The notes beneath the pieces are model-generated. The model had not been told where the DNA came from. It saw only the letters and a program-made list of their open reading frames with translations, and did no database searches. From NCBI GenBank assembly GCA_031363705.1, contig JANLUX010000110.1, forward strand, positions 1-49,956: a DNA stretch of 49,956 nt, in the 5' to 3' direction. This DNA comes from Bacteroidota bacterium (GTDB taxonomy: Bacteria; Bacteroidota; Bacteroidia; AKYH767-A; OLB10). The translations under genes were made by a program, and so were the position numbers. Positions 28,049 through 39,495 of this stretch are shown here, piece after piece. Within the stretch, counting starts at the first letter, position 1. Each line of letters begins with the position of its first letter.

Positions 28049-29236
28049 ATGACTAATTCCGAACGCTATAATCTACGCGGTGTTTCTGCATCTAAAGAAG
28101 ATGTGCATAACGCAATCCGCAATATTGACAAAGGATTATTTCCTAAAGCATTTTGTAAAATTATTCCTGATTTTGCCGGTGGTGATAAAGATTTTTGCAC
28201 CGTGATGCATGCTGATGGAGCGGGAACTAAAAGCAGTCTTGCGTATGCTTACTGGAAAGAAACAGGTGACATAAGTGTGTGGAATGGCATTGCACAGGAT
28301 GCGCTGGTAATGAACCTGGATGATTTATTATGCGTGGGTGCTATTGATAATATTTTACTCTCTTCAACTATTGGTCGTAATAAACGGCTCATACCCGGTG
28401 AGGTGATTGCATCAATAATTAACGGAACTGAAGAATTAGTAAATGAACTTCGCAGCTTTGGAGTAAATATTTACACCACCGGTGGAGAAACTGCTGATGT
28501 TGGAGATTTAGTAAGAACTATTATTGTTGACAGCACTGTTACCTGCAGAATGAAAAGAGCAGATGTGATTGACAATGCCAATATAAAAGCAGGTGATGTA
28601 ATTGTTGGCTTGTGTTCTTATGGACAAGCCACTTACGAAAAAGAATATAATAGTGGAATGGGCAGTAACGGCTTAACATCTGCACGTCACGATGTGTTTC
28701 ACAATTATCTTGCAGAAAAATATCCCGAGACTTTTGATAATGGAATTGATACATCGCTTGTCTATTCCGGAAACCTGAAACTCACGGATAAAACAGAACT
28801 GCCAACCGAAAACGGTAAAACGGAAACTGATTACGGAAAATTAGTGTTATCCCCAACAAGAACTTATGCTCCCATTATTAAACAAGTGGTTGAAAAATTC
28901 CGTTCTCAAATTCACGGCATCATTCATTGCAGTGGTGGCGGTCAAACAAAAATTTTACATTTCATTGATCACTTACACGTGATAAAAAACAACCTGTTTG
29001 CTATTCCTCCATTATTTAAAATAATACAAGAGCAATCACAAACCAGCTGGAAAGAAATGTATAAAGTATTTAATATGGGTCATCGCATGGAGTTGTATGT
29101 GAATGCCGCTGTCGCCAATCAAATTATTGCTATTTCGAAATCTTTTAATGTGGATGCAAAAGTTATAGGCAAAGTGGAGGACTCATCTGATAAAAAACTT
29201 ACTATTGAAAGTGAGAAAGGAGTTTTTGAATGGTGA
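28049..29236 (+). CDS. purM: Phosphoribosylformylglycinamidine cyclo-ligase (AIR synthase), long Bacteroidota form
   Basis: 395 aa. PurM/AIR-synthase N-domain motif MHADGAGTKS and the C-terminal domain. Confidence 0.85.
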   Translation: MTNSERYNLRGVSASKEDVHNAIRNIDKGLFPKAFCKIIPDFAGGDKDFCTVMHADGAGTKSSLAYAYWKETGDISVWNGIAQDALVMNLDDLLCVGAIDNILLSSTIGRNKRLIPGEVIASIINGTEELVNELRSFGVNIYTTGGETADVGDLVRTIIVDSTVTCRMKRADVIDNANIKAGDVIVGLCSYGQATYEKEYNSGMGSNGLTSARHDVFHNYLAEKYPETFDNGIDTSLVYSGNLKLTDKTELPTENGKTETDYGKLVLSPTRTYAPIIKQVVEKFRSQIHGIIHCSGGGQTKILHFIDHLHVIKNNLFAIPPLFKIIQEQSQTSWKEMYKVFNMGHRMELYVNAAVANQIIAISKSFNVDAKVIGKVEDSSDKKLTIESEKGVFEW

Positions 29237-29308
29237 ATTGAATTCTCCTTTTCACCCTACTTTAAAATAATAATTTACATTTGTACCAGATAAAAATTAA
29301 TTTATTCC

Positions 29309-30058
29309 ATGAATATACTTCGCTTAATTAAGTTTTCAAAATCGGTTAACTCCACCCGTATTTTCGCAATTGCTCTGTTCTTATTTGCACAGCTTGGATT
29401 ATCTTCCGTTGTAAATGCTCAGACTCAAACAGAAGGTAATAAGGATAATGCGGCATCATCAAATGTGCTGATGCTCTCCAAAATGACCAGCAAACAGCGA
29501 GACAAGATTACCAATCCTGCCGAAGGAATGGTGATTTATAATACAGATGAGAAGAAACCCCAGTATTATAATGGAACTGCATGGAAATTTTTCGATTCAA
29601 ATAAACATTTTATAGGTGAGGAGTACGGTGGAGGAATTATATTTTATATTGATGGTACAGGTGAGCATGGTTTAATAGTTGCTCCCAGTGATCAACCATC
29701 AGCTAAATGGGGTTTTTTTGAAAAGCAGATTGGTGCCCACGGCAAGGCAATTGGTGAGGGACAAGCCAATACTGATAAAATAACCAAAGCCAGCACTCAG
29801 CCTGATATAGCTGCAAATATTTGCAATGATTTGCGATTAAATGGTCTCAGTGATTGGTTTTTGCCTTCAATAGATGAGTTGTCGCTGATTTATAAAAATT
29901 TAAAAGCAAAAGGTTTGGGTAATTTTAGTAGTGGTGAATATTGGTCTTCATCAGAAACTGATTTTAACAATGCATGGTTCATGAACTTCAATGTAGGTTT
30001 ACCAAGTGAAAGCAATGTAGATAAATCGTTGCAGGTAAGAGCGGTAAGAAAATTTTAG
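29309..30058 (+). CDS. DUF1566 (Lcl C-terminal domain) secreted protein
   Basis: 249 aa with a signal peptide. Characteristic motifs: SDWFLPSIDELSLIY and YWSSSE...AWFMNF. Confidence 0.75.
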   Translation: MNILRLIKFSKSVNSTRIFAIALFLFAQLGLSSVVNAQTQTEGNKDNAASSNVLMLSKMTSKQRDKITNPAEGMVIYNTDEKKPQYYNGTAWKFFDSNKHFIGEEYGGGIIFYIDGTGEHGLIVAPSDQPSAKWGFFEKQIGAHGKAIGEGQANTDKITKASTQPDIAANICNDLRLNGLSDWFLPSIDELSLIYKNLKAKGLGNFSSGEYWSSSETDFNNAWFMNFNVGLPSESNVDKSLQVRAVRKF

Positions 30059-30194
30059 CAAAAGTTTTCCTGCTTCTCTGCAATCTTTTTTTCGTTCTTT
30101 TTTATAAAAATGAAATAGAATTTATTTCAGCAGGCAATCGTTTTTTTTAAACAACACGCCATCAATGGCTTAATGTAAAGCCGCTTCATATCGT

Positions 30195-30202
30195 TACTTT
30201 TG
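30195..30202 (+). promoter_or_regulatory. Candidate -7 box TACTTTTG for prfA
   Basis: Matches TAnnTTTG. It ends 18 nt before the ATG at 30221. Confidence 0.5.
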
Positions 30203-30220
30203 TGCTTTCAATAAAAGCTT

Positions 30221-31294
30221 ATGCTTGATAAGTTAGAATCATTGGCTGCGCGTTATGAGCAGATAGGAACACAGTTGGGCGATCCGGCAGTTATTGCTGA
30301 CCGCAAACGTTTTAAAGAACTTAATAAATCTTACCGTGACCTTGAAGAAATCGTAAATGCATATCATGAGTATAAAAATGTAATAAGCAATCTTGATCAC
30401 GCTAAAGAAGTCCTGAACAATGAAAAGGATGAAGAGTTTAAACAGATGGCGAAAGAGGAGATGGAAGAACTCACTGCTCGCAAAGAAAAATTAGAAGAAC
30501 ATATCCGTTTTCTTTTAGTTCCAAAAGATCCTGAAGATGATCGTTATGCAGTCGTTGAAATTCGTGCCGGAACAGGAGGTGATGAAGCCAGTATTTTTGC
30601 CGGTGATTTATACCGCATGTACACACGTTATTGTGAAAGCCGCGGATGGAAACTGGAGCTGGTTGATTTCAGCGAAGGCAATACCGGGGGTTATAAAGAA
30701 ATTATTTTTAATGTGAACGTGGAAGGTGCTTACGGAGTTTTAAAATATGAATCAGGTGTTCATCGGGTGCAACGTGTACCGGAAACAGAAACTCAGGGAC
30801 GTGTGCATACTTCAGCAGCATCGGTAGCAGTTTTGCCTGAAGCTGATGAAGTAGATGTGGAGATAAATCCTGCTGATGTTGAAATGCAAACTTCACGTTC
30901 AGGTGGAGCCGGTGGACAAAATGTAAATAAAGTAGAAACCAAAGTTCAATTAACACATAAGCCATCAGGTATAGTAGTAGTGTGCCAGGTGGAGCGTTCG
31001 CAACACGGTAACAAGGCATTGGCAATGAATATGCTTCGTACCAAGCTCTATGAAAGAGAATACAAAAAGCACATTGATGCCATTGCATCCAAACGCAAAA
31101 CAATGGTTAGCACTGGTGACCGTTCAGCAAAAATCCGCACTTATAATTATGCGCAAAGCCGTGTAACGGATCATCGCATAGGATTATCCATGCATAACCT
31201 TCCCGCTTTTATGAATGGTGATATTCAGGAATTTATTGACGCCTTGCAACTGGCAGAAAATGCCGAGATGATGAAAGAAGGAGTAGCAATATAA
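30221..31294 (+). CDS. prfA: Peptide chain release factor 1
   Basis: 357 aa. GGQ motif ([16 protein letters not shown]) and the RF1-type P-x-T tripeptide (PET). Confidence 0.95.
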   Translation: MLDKLESLAARYEQIGTQLGDPAVIADRKRFKELNKSYRDLEEIVNAYHEYKNVISNLDHAKEVLNNEKDEEFKQMAKEEMEELTARKEKLEEHIRFLLVPKDPEDDRYAVVEIRAGTGGDEASIFAGDLYRMYTRYCESRGWKLELVDFSEGNTGGYKEIIFNVNVEGAYGVLKYESGVHRVQRVPETETQGRVHTSAASVAVLPEADEVDVEINPADVEMQTSRSGGAGGQNVNKVETKVQLTHKPSGIVVVCQVERSQHGNKALAMNMLRTKLYEREYKKHIDAIASKRKTMVSTGDRSAKIRTYNYAQSRVTDHRIGLSMHNLPAFMNGDIQEFIDALQLAENAEMMKEGVAI

Positions 31295-31303
31295 AAACAT
31301 ATT

Positions 31304-31364
31304 GTCATGCTGACGAAGGAAGCATCTCTCCAGTCCAACGAGATGCTTCCTTCGTGAGCATGAC
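31304..31364. repeat. Palindromic REP-like element, family B (possible prfA terminator or attenuator)
   Basis: 25-bp arms GTCATGCTGACGAAGGAAGCATCTC and GAGATGCTTCCTTCGTGAGCATGAC with one mismatch and an 11-nt loop. It lies between prfA and pyrF. Confidence 0.85.
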
Positions 31365-31380
31365 AAACACATAGAATGAA

Positions 31381-32202
31381 ATGACACGCGCTGAACTTTT
31401 TGATCAAATAAAAAAGAAACGTTCGTTTTTGTGTGTAGGGTTAGATACTGATATCACCAAAATTCCGAAACACTTATTGGAAGCAGAAGATCCTGTTTTT
31501 GAATTCAACAGGCAGATCATTGATGCAACAAAAGAATATTGTGTTGCTTACAAACCCAATCTTGCTTTTTATGAAAGCCTTGGCGCAAGCGGCTGGATCA
31601 GCCTGGAAAAAACGCTTCAGTATATTCCTGAAAATATTTTTACCATTGCTGATGCAAAGCGCGGAGACATAGGCAATACATCCGCATTGTATGCACGGGC
31701 ATTTTTTGAGCAAATGAATTTTGATGCCGTAACCGTTGCTCCTTACATGGGAGAAGATTCCATTACTCCTTTTTTGAATTTTAAAAATCATTGGGTGATT
31801 TTGCTTGCATTGACGAGTAATAAGGGTGCAAACAATTTTCAAGTGAGTAAAGATTCATCGGGGAAACCGTTATTTGAAAGTGTAATTGAAACAAGCATGC
31901 ATTGGGGATCTGCTGATAACATGATGTATGTTGTAGGTGCAACACAAGCGGAACAATTACAACAGATAAGAAAAATAATTCCTGATCATTTTTTATTGGT
32001 TCCCGGTATTGGTGCACAGGGTGGCATTTTAAAAGAAGTTGCTTTGCATGGAATGAATAACCAATGCGGCTTGCTGGTTAATTCATCACGCAACATAATT
32101 TTCGCTTCACACGAAAAAGATTTTGCTAAGGCAGCCGCCAAAGCTGCAAAAGAAGTGCAGCAGGAAATGGAATTTTTGTTAAAAGAAAAAGGCATTATCT
32201 AA
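31381..32202 (+). CDS. pyrF: Orotidine 5'-phosphate decarboxylase (type 2)
   Basis: 273 aa. Motifs LCVGLDTD and [10 protein letters not shown]. Confidence 0.9.
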   Translation: MTRAELFDQIKKKRSFLCVGLDTDITKIPKHLLEAEDPVFEFNRQIIDATKEYCVAYKPNLAFYESLGASGWISLEKTLQYIPENIFTIADAKRGDIGNTSALYARAFFEQMNFDAVTVAPYMGEDSITPFLNFKNHWVILLALTSNKGANNFQVSKDSSGKPLFESVIETSMHWGSADNMMYVVGATQAEQLQQIRKIIPDHFLLVPGIGAQGGILKEVALHGMNNQCGLLVNSSRNIIFASHEKDFAKAAAKAAKEVQQEMEFLLKEKGII

Positions 32203-32316
32203 TAAGCATTTTTTTGGATTAATTCAGCTTTTTTCAGATTAAAAAAACATAAAAATATTATCGTTCATTTGTTAACAAATCATCCGCTTTTCAGTGGAAA
32301 GAAGCGCTTAAATGCG

Positions 32317-32324
32317 TATATTTG
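32317..32324 (+). promoter_or_regulatory. Candidate -7 box TATATTTG for gyrB
   Basis: Matches TAnnTTTG. It lies 34 nt upstream of the ATG at 32359. Confidence 0.5.
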
Positions 32325-32352
32325 TTAACGTTTTCACACCCCCTTTAACTAA

Positions 32353-34326
<1,974 letters not shown>

Positions 34327-34363
34327 TTAAATGCAGCATACACAGTAAGGATATAACATTTCC

Positions 34364-34395
34364 AAACCCGTTAAGAAACCCTTCTTATCGGGTTT
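34364..34395 (+). terminator. gyrB rho-independent terminator
   Basis: Stem AAACCCG..TAAGAA / TTCTTA..CGGGTTT followed by TATTTTTAT. Confidence 0.7.
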
Positions 34396-34580
34396 TATTT
34401 TTATCAATGATTTACTAATAGACCTTATTAAATATATTTTCCTTTCTTTCTTAAAAGCCTATCGTTCGTAAAGTTCTTTCACAAAAAATTAATTCCCGTG
34501 TATCGTCATGCCGAACTTGTTTCGGCAGCTTTCAACACCTTTACATGATAGCACACTCTATTTACTTCTCATTAACCCAT

Positions 34581-34588
34581 TATATTTG
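34581..34588 (+). promoter_or_regulatory. Candidate -7 box TATATTTG for the lipoprotein gene
   Basis: Matches TAnnTTTG. It lies 39 nt upstream of the ATG at 34628. Confidence 0.4.
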
Positions 34589-34627
34589 TAGTGACCTGCG
34601 AAAGCATACGAACTATCCTAAAAAGCG

Positions 34628-35035
34628 ATGAACAATATTCTAATAAAATCTTTATGGTTTTTAGTTTTTATACTTCTATTTGTTGGTTGTAAGAAAGATA
34701 ATTGTAATCTTACTAATTGCCCTTATACAGAGGAAGCTCCACCGCGATATATATTTGCTCCGGATTCTGCGAAGACAGATTCAATTATTACAATTACTGT
34801 AGTTTATAACAATCAAAAGCAATGTCAACAATTTTCTTCCTTCTCTTCAAACACAGTTGACAGCACAACAACAATTTCATTGAAAACGAAAATTGATTCT
34901 TGCAATTGCCAAACAAATCTTGATGTGCAATATCAATACTTCTATTATCAGGCACCCCACATACCCGGACATTCAATCATTAAAATTCATGTATTAAATT
35001 CATTATTCTATGGAGATACAATTACCATTTATTAA
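34628..35035 (+). CDS. Small Cys-rich lipoprotein, unknown function
   Basis: 135 aa. Signal peptide with lipobox LFVGC. No recognisable family. Flanked by family C repeat copies. Confidence 0.5.
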   Translation: MNNILIKSLWFLVFILLFVGCKKDNCNLTNCPYTEEAPPRYIFAPDSAKTDSIITITVVYNNQKQCQQFSSFSSNTVDSTTTISLKTKIDSCNCQTNLDVQYQYFYYQAPHIPGHSIIKIHVLNSLFYGDTITIY

Positions 35036-35257
35036 TGTAGCATTCTACAACTCCTCGTTAATCCCCCTAAATGAAAAAGATTGTGCTATATCTATTATTT
35101 TCAATTAATATTCTTTTGCTTCCGTTGACTTTGTTACACATGGTCGAACTTGTTTCAGCATCTTTCCAATCCTCAACCGTCAGGTCTCCCGTTGCCCGGA
35201 TTAAATTCACACACAATTTTCCGGGCATCTATAACCGAGAGGTTTGGCTTTGATAAA

Positions 35258-35530
35258 AAAAACCAACAAGACATTCAACCTATTCACAATCAATCTGCTA
35301 AGTACATTCCCTCCAATCGGAAATCCATTCCCGCCAAGGGTAAAACCACACAAGCCAAACCGAAATCCATAACCGTTAATCCTCAATCCATTATCCTAAA
35401 TCTTCCATCCTTTCCCGACCATCTAATATCCATTAACAGCAATCTCTAATCTAAAACCGATAAACTAAAACCCGTTATCCCCTATCTGAAATCCATAATT
35501 TATAAATTAAAATCCATTAACCATTTGCTT
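35258..35530 (+). repeat. Degenerate tandem array of about 13 units with a 21-bp period and an AAATCCAT core
   Basis: AATCCAT or TATCCAT occurs at 35322, 35364, 35385, 35427, 35490 and 35511. The spacings are 42, 21, 42, 63 and 21, all multiples of 21. Intervening units are degenerate. The plus strand is nearly G-free. Confidence 0.8.
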
Positions 35531-35578
35531 TCTGCATTAAATTAGCACCCTCAAACAAAACAAAAAAAACCAAAAACA

Positions 35579-36520
35579 ATGAAAGTAACTGTTGTAGGAG
35601 CAGGCAATGTAGGATCAACCTGTGCCAATGTTATTGCTCACAAAGAACTTTGTAATGAAGTAGTGTTGCTTGATATAAAAGAAGGAATAGCCGAAGGTAA
35701 GTCGCTTGATATGTGGCAAACTGCTCCCATCAATTTATATGATACACGCATCATCGGTTCCACCAATGATTATTCAGCCACAGCTAATTCTGATGTAGTA
35801 GTAATCACCTCCGGACTTCCGCGCAAACCCGGTATGAGTCGTGATGATTTAATTGCCACCAATGCCGGCATCGTAAAATCCGTTACTGAAAACATCGTAA
35901 AATATTCGCCTGACACCATCATCATCGTAGTAAGCAACCCGTTGGATGTAATGACTTACTGCGCATATCTCACTTCCGGTTTTGATTCCAGCAAAGTGTT
36001 TGGAATGGCAGGTATTTTAGATACTGCACGCTACCGTGCCTTTTTAGCAGAAGCGTTAAATACTTCTCCAAAAGATATACAGGCAGTGCTCATGGGTGGT
36101 CATGGAGACACCATGGTTCCGCTTCCACGTTACACAACTGTTGCAGGAATACCTGTAACCGAACTAATACCTTCAGATAAATTATCAGCAATAGTTCAGC
36201 GTACTAAAGTAGGCGGTGGAGAATTGGTAAACCTGATGGGAACTTCAGCATGGTATGCTCCGGGTGCGGCTGCAGCTCAAATGGTGGAAGCAATCGTTCG
36301 TGATCAGAAACGCATTTTCCCCTGCTGTGCCTGGCTTCAAGGTGAGTATGGATTAAAAGATATTTATCTGGGAGTTCCTGTTAAGCTTGGCAAAAACGGT
36401 ATTGAACAAATCATAGAATTAAAGCTTAACGCTGATGAAAAAAAATTGCTTGATGATTCTGCAGTCTCTGTTAAAGAAGTAATGAGCGTGCTTGATCGTA
36501 TGCAGGAAGCAGTGAAATAA
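35579..36520 (+). CDS. mdh: Malate dehydrogenase (LDH-like type)
   Basis: 313 aa. N-terminal Rossmann motif MKVTVVGAGNVGS and the conserved GLPRKPGMSRDDL loop. Confidence 0.95.
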   Translation: MKVTVVGAGNVGSTCANVIAHKELCNEVVLLDIKEGIAEGKSLDMWQTAPINLYDTRIIGSTNDYSATANSDVVVITSGLPRKPGMSRDDLIATNAGIVKSVTENIVKYSPDTIIIVVSNPLDVMTYCAYLTSGFDSSKVFGMAGILDTARYRAFLAEALNTSPKDIQAVLMGGHGDTMVPLPRYTTVAGIPVTELIPSDKLSAIVQRTKVGGGELVNLMGTSAWYAPGAAAAQMVEAIVRDQKRIFPCCAWLQGEYGLKDIYLGVPVKLGKNGIEQIIELKLNADEKKLLDDSAVSVKEVMSVLDRMQEAVK

Positions 36521-36540
36521 ATTCTGTTTATCAATAAAAA

Positions 36541-36575
36541 AGAAAACCCATGAATTAAAAGCTCATGGGTTTTCT
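36541..36575 (+). terminator. mdh rho-independent terminator
   Basis: 13-bp stem AGAAAACCCATGA / TCATGGGTTTTCT followed by a T/A-rich tail. Confidence 0.8.
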
Positions 36576-36638
36576 TATAAAATAAATTTAACAGAATAAA
36601 AATTAACATTAAAACAAATAACCAAAATCAAAAAAACA

Positions 36639-37079
36639 ATGGCAACAATCAATCCTTATCTCACATTCAATGGTAACTGCGAAGAAGCATTTAATTTTTA
36701 CAAATCCGTATTTGGCGGTGAATTTCCTTACATAGGCAAATTTAAAGATATGCCACCCAGCGAAGGGCAACAGATCTCTGAAGCTGATGGAGAAAAAATC
36801 ATGCATGTATCATTACCTATCGGTAAAGAAACAATTTTAATGGGCAGCGATAGCTCCGCTCAATGGGGACACGCCACTGTAATCGGAAACAATATTTCGA
36901 TTTCTATCAATGCTGATAGCGAAGAAGAAGCAAATAAAATATTTAACGCACTTTCAAGTGGAGGCAATGTAACCATGCCGATGAATAAAACTTTTTGGGG
37001 TGCCTACTTCGGTATGCTCACTGACAAGTTCGGCATTAACTGGATGATGAATTACGATTACAACCAGCAGTCAAAATAA
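36639..37079 (+). CDS. VOC-family protein (PhnB / 3-demethylubiquinone-9 3-methyltransferase-like domain)
   Basis: 146 aa. The N-terminus INPYLTFNGNCEEAFNFYKSVFGGEF and C-terminal FWGAYFGMLTDKFGINWM are typical of this family. Confidence 0.8.
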   Translation: MATINPYLTFNGNCEEAFNFYKSVFGGEFPYIGKFKDMPPSEGQQISEADGEKIMHVSLPIGKETILMGSDSSAQWGHATVIGNNISISINADSEEEANKIFNALSSGGNVTMPMNKTFWGAYFGMLTDKFGINWMMNYDYNQQSK

Positions 37080-37118
37080 CTTTCAATAGTTAAGCTACTT
37101 TTAAGAAATCAGAAAAAT

Positions 37119-38240
37119 TTATTTCTTCAGAAATTTCTTATTCACCTCATCAAAACTTGGCAGATCATTATAATGCCACATGTCAATCACGGTTCCTTTC
37201 TTCAGCAATACCAAACCCGGATTGGATCGAATAATCGTTTTCAAAGTAGTAGCATCACAATAATAATAAGGAAACACACTTTGAAATTCGTGGCGGAACT
37301 TATCAGTTTCAGGAGCAGGCGTTGAAGTCAAACCAAAAAATTCTATGTCATGTTGCTGGCACAAAGCAACAAAATCATTAATGCGTGGTTGTACTTTTTT
37401 ATTGGCCTTATTCATATCATAAGCTACTAACATAAAAACATAATCATCACGGTTAAGAAAATCCTGCGTGTAATCATTATCGCTTTCATCCTTAATAGCG
37501 AAATCATGGATAGGTGGAACATCTCCTTCACGGATTTTTTTATCCTTTCGATCAATAAATTTATAGGTTGAATCTATTTTACCAAGTTGATCTGCGCTCA
37601 GCTCCTCCTGTTTTCCATTTTTCTCATAAATAAATACCATCACCACACTGTCAGTTACAGCGCCAGGAGGCAATTTCATTCCTTCATTAATATTCTTTCC
37701 GATTGCATAAGGACGAAAATCTTTTACCGGCAAATGCTGATAACAATACCAGGTGAATACTGCTGTTAGAATTGTTGCAGTATAGGTCAGCAGATTTGTT
37801 ACACGCTCAGAAAAAAGCGGACCTATATTTTTCCGCTGAGCGAAAATGGGAAGGATGAGCACCAGCAATGCCATATCCTTACCAAACGATTGCCACGGTT
37901 TTAAGTGCAATGCATCACCAAAGCATCCGCAATCTTTCACCACATCAAAATATGCAGAGTAAAAAGTTAGGAAACCAAAAAACACAATCATCAGCAAAAG
38001 CAACCAGCTAACAAGCACCATTCTGTAACCAACTAGCAATGCAAAACCCAATGCAACTTCAAGAATACTTATGCCCATTGCAAGTGGCAACGAGATATTT
38101 GAAAACCATGGAGTATTGAAAACGGTGAAATATTCATCCAGCTTATAGGAAAATCCAAGCGCATCATTTGCCTTTATTAATCCTGAGATAATAAACAGCA
38201 CACCAACCAAAATTCTGCAAATGTTTGTGATTACTTTCAT
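37119..38240 (-). CDS. DoxX/MauE-like membrane domain fused to a C-terminal thioredoxin-like domain
   Basis: 373 aa. The N-terminal roughly 170 aa contain four TM helices, including a DCGCFG motif. The C-terminal soluble half has a thioredoxin-like appearance but no CxxC motif. Confidence 0.6.
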   Translation of the reverse strand: MKVITNICRILVGVLFIISGLIKANDALGFSYKLDEYFTVFNTPWFSNISLPLAMGISILEVALGFALLVGYRMVLVSWLLLLMIVFFGFLTFYSAYFDVVKDCGCFGDALHLKPWQSFGKDMALLVLILPIFAQRKNIGPLFSERVTNLLTYTATILTAVFTWYCYQHLPVKDFRPYAIGKNINEGMKLPPGAVTDSVVMVFIYEKNGKQEELSADQLGKIDSTYKFIDRKDKKIREGDVPPIHDFAIKDESDNDYTQDFLNRDDYVFMLVAYDMNKANKKVQPRINDFVALCQQHDIEFFGLTSTPAPETDKFRHEFQSVFPYYYCDATTLKTIIRSNPGLVLLKKGTVIDMWHYNDLPSFDEVNKKFLKK

Positions 38241-38344
38241 AAATTTTATTTTTATAGATTGCTCTTTAATTACATGCTTACCTCATCAATCAATTACCTT
38301 AATTAACTTAGTCGCGAATATCCTATTAATGCTATGAACTTTTT

Positions 38345-39202
38345 ATGAGCCTTAATTATAGTTTAAATTGCTGCGGTCAACTACTTAACATTTCTTCACC
38401 TTTAGTGATGGGTATATTAAATGTTACTCCTGATTCTTTTTTTGACGGAGGCAAATTTAATGAGGAAACCAACATGCTGAAACATGTGGAAGAGATGCTT
38501 GAAGAAGGGGCATCCATAATTGACATTGGTGCTGTTTCTACACGACCGGGAGCTAATGAAATAAGTGAAGAAGAAGAGATTCAACGTTTGATTCCTGCTG
38601 TTAAATTGATTCACCAAAATTTTCCTTCTGCAATTTTATCTGTAGATACTTACCGTTCGAAAGTTGCAGAAATGTCAATTGAAAACGGAGCTGCAATTAT
38701 TAATGATATTTCGGCAGGCACATTTGATGTAAATATGTTTAAGACCATTGCCCGATTGCAGGTACCTTATATTATGATGCACATGCAGGGAACCCCTCAA
38801 ACAATGCAGCACAATCCTGTTTATAAAAACGTAACGCTTGACATTATCCGTTTTTTTGTAAAACAATTGGAACAACTTCGCCATCTGGGTGTTAAAGATG
38901 TAATTATTGATCCTGGTTTTGGTTTTGGAAAAACGATAGAACATAATTATGGATTGCTTGCTTCACTTCGCAGCTTTGAGATTTTTGATTGTCCGTTATT
39001 GGTTGGTGTATCGCGTAAAGCAATGATTAATAAAGTAATCAATACCAAAGCCGAAAATGCTTTAAACGGAACTACTGTTGTTAATACAATAGCATTAATG
39101 AACGGAGCTAATATTTTAAGAGTGCATGATGTGAAAGAGGCGATGGAAGCGGTAAAGATTGCAGAACAATATAAATCAGGAATAAAAAAAGACGAACTTT
39201 AA
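38345..39202 (+). CDS. folP: Dihydropteroate synthase
   Basis: 285 aa. Motifs GILNVTPDSFFDGG, IIDIGAVSTRPG, DPGFGFGK. Confidence 0.95.
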   Translation: MSLNYSLNCCGQLLNISSPLVMGILNVTPDSFFDGGKFNEETNMLKHVEEMLEEGASIIDIGAVSTRPGANEISEEEEIQRLIPAVKLIHQNFPSAILSVDTYRSKVAEMSIENGAAIINDISAGTFDVNMFKTIARLQVPYIMMHMQGTPQTMQHNPVYKNVTLDIIRFFVKQLEQLRHLGVKDVIIDPGFGFGKTIEHNYGLLASLRSFEIFDCPLLVGVSRKAMINKVINTKAENALNGTTVVNTIALMNGANILRVHDVKEAMEAVKIAEQYKSGIKKDEL

Positions 39203-39218
39203 ACCATAAATTATTTCA

Positions 39219-39443
39219 ATGAGCAACAACGACATCATGAAAAAACTCCGCGTAGCATTACAACTTCGCGATGACGATATCATTCACATCTTAAAATTAG
39301 TTGATTTCAATATTTCTAAAACTGAACTCAGCGCTTTTTTCAGAAGTGAAGATCATCCCAACTTCAAACCATGTGGTGACCAGGTGCTGAGAAATTTTTT
39401 GAATGGATTGGTAATTTATAAACGTGGAGTGAAAGAAACGTAG
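39219..39443 (+). CDS. DUF1456 (YehS-like) family protein
   Basis: 74 aa. The pattern NNDIMKKLRVALQLRDDDIIHILKL...ELSAFFRSEDHPNFKPCGDQVLRNFLNGL matches the DUF1456 repeat. Confidence 0.75.
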   Translation: MSNNDIMKKLRVALQLRDDDIIHILKLVDFNISKTELSAFFRSEDHPNFKPCGDQVLRNFLNGLVIYKRGVKET

Positions 39444-39449
39444 TTTCCG

Positions 39450-39490
39450 GTTTGCAGTTTACTGTATACTGTAAACTGTAAACTGCAAAC
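39450..39490. terminator. Bidirectional hairpin between the convergent DUF1456 gene and the ABC permease gene
   Basis: 13-bp arms GTTTGCAGTTTAC / GTAAACTGCAAAC around a CTGTAAA-rich loop. Confidence 0.65.
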
Positions 39491-39495
39491 TAAAT

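Noticed and set aside
35071-35449. Two overlapping plus-strand ORFs (60 aa and 99 aa) in the gyrB-mdh gap
   Set aside because: The 99-aa ORF is a 7-residue periodic read-out of the 21-bp DNA repeat. The 60-aa ORF has a signal-peptide-like start but runs straight into a family C repeat copy. At best these are a gene remnant.
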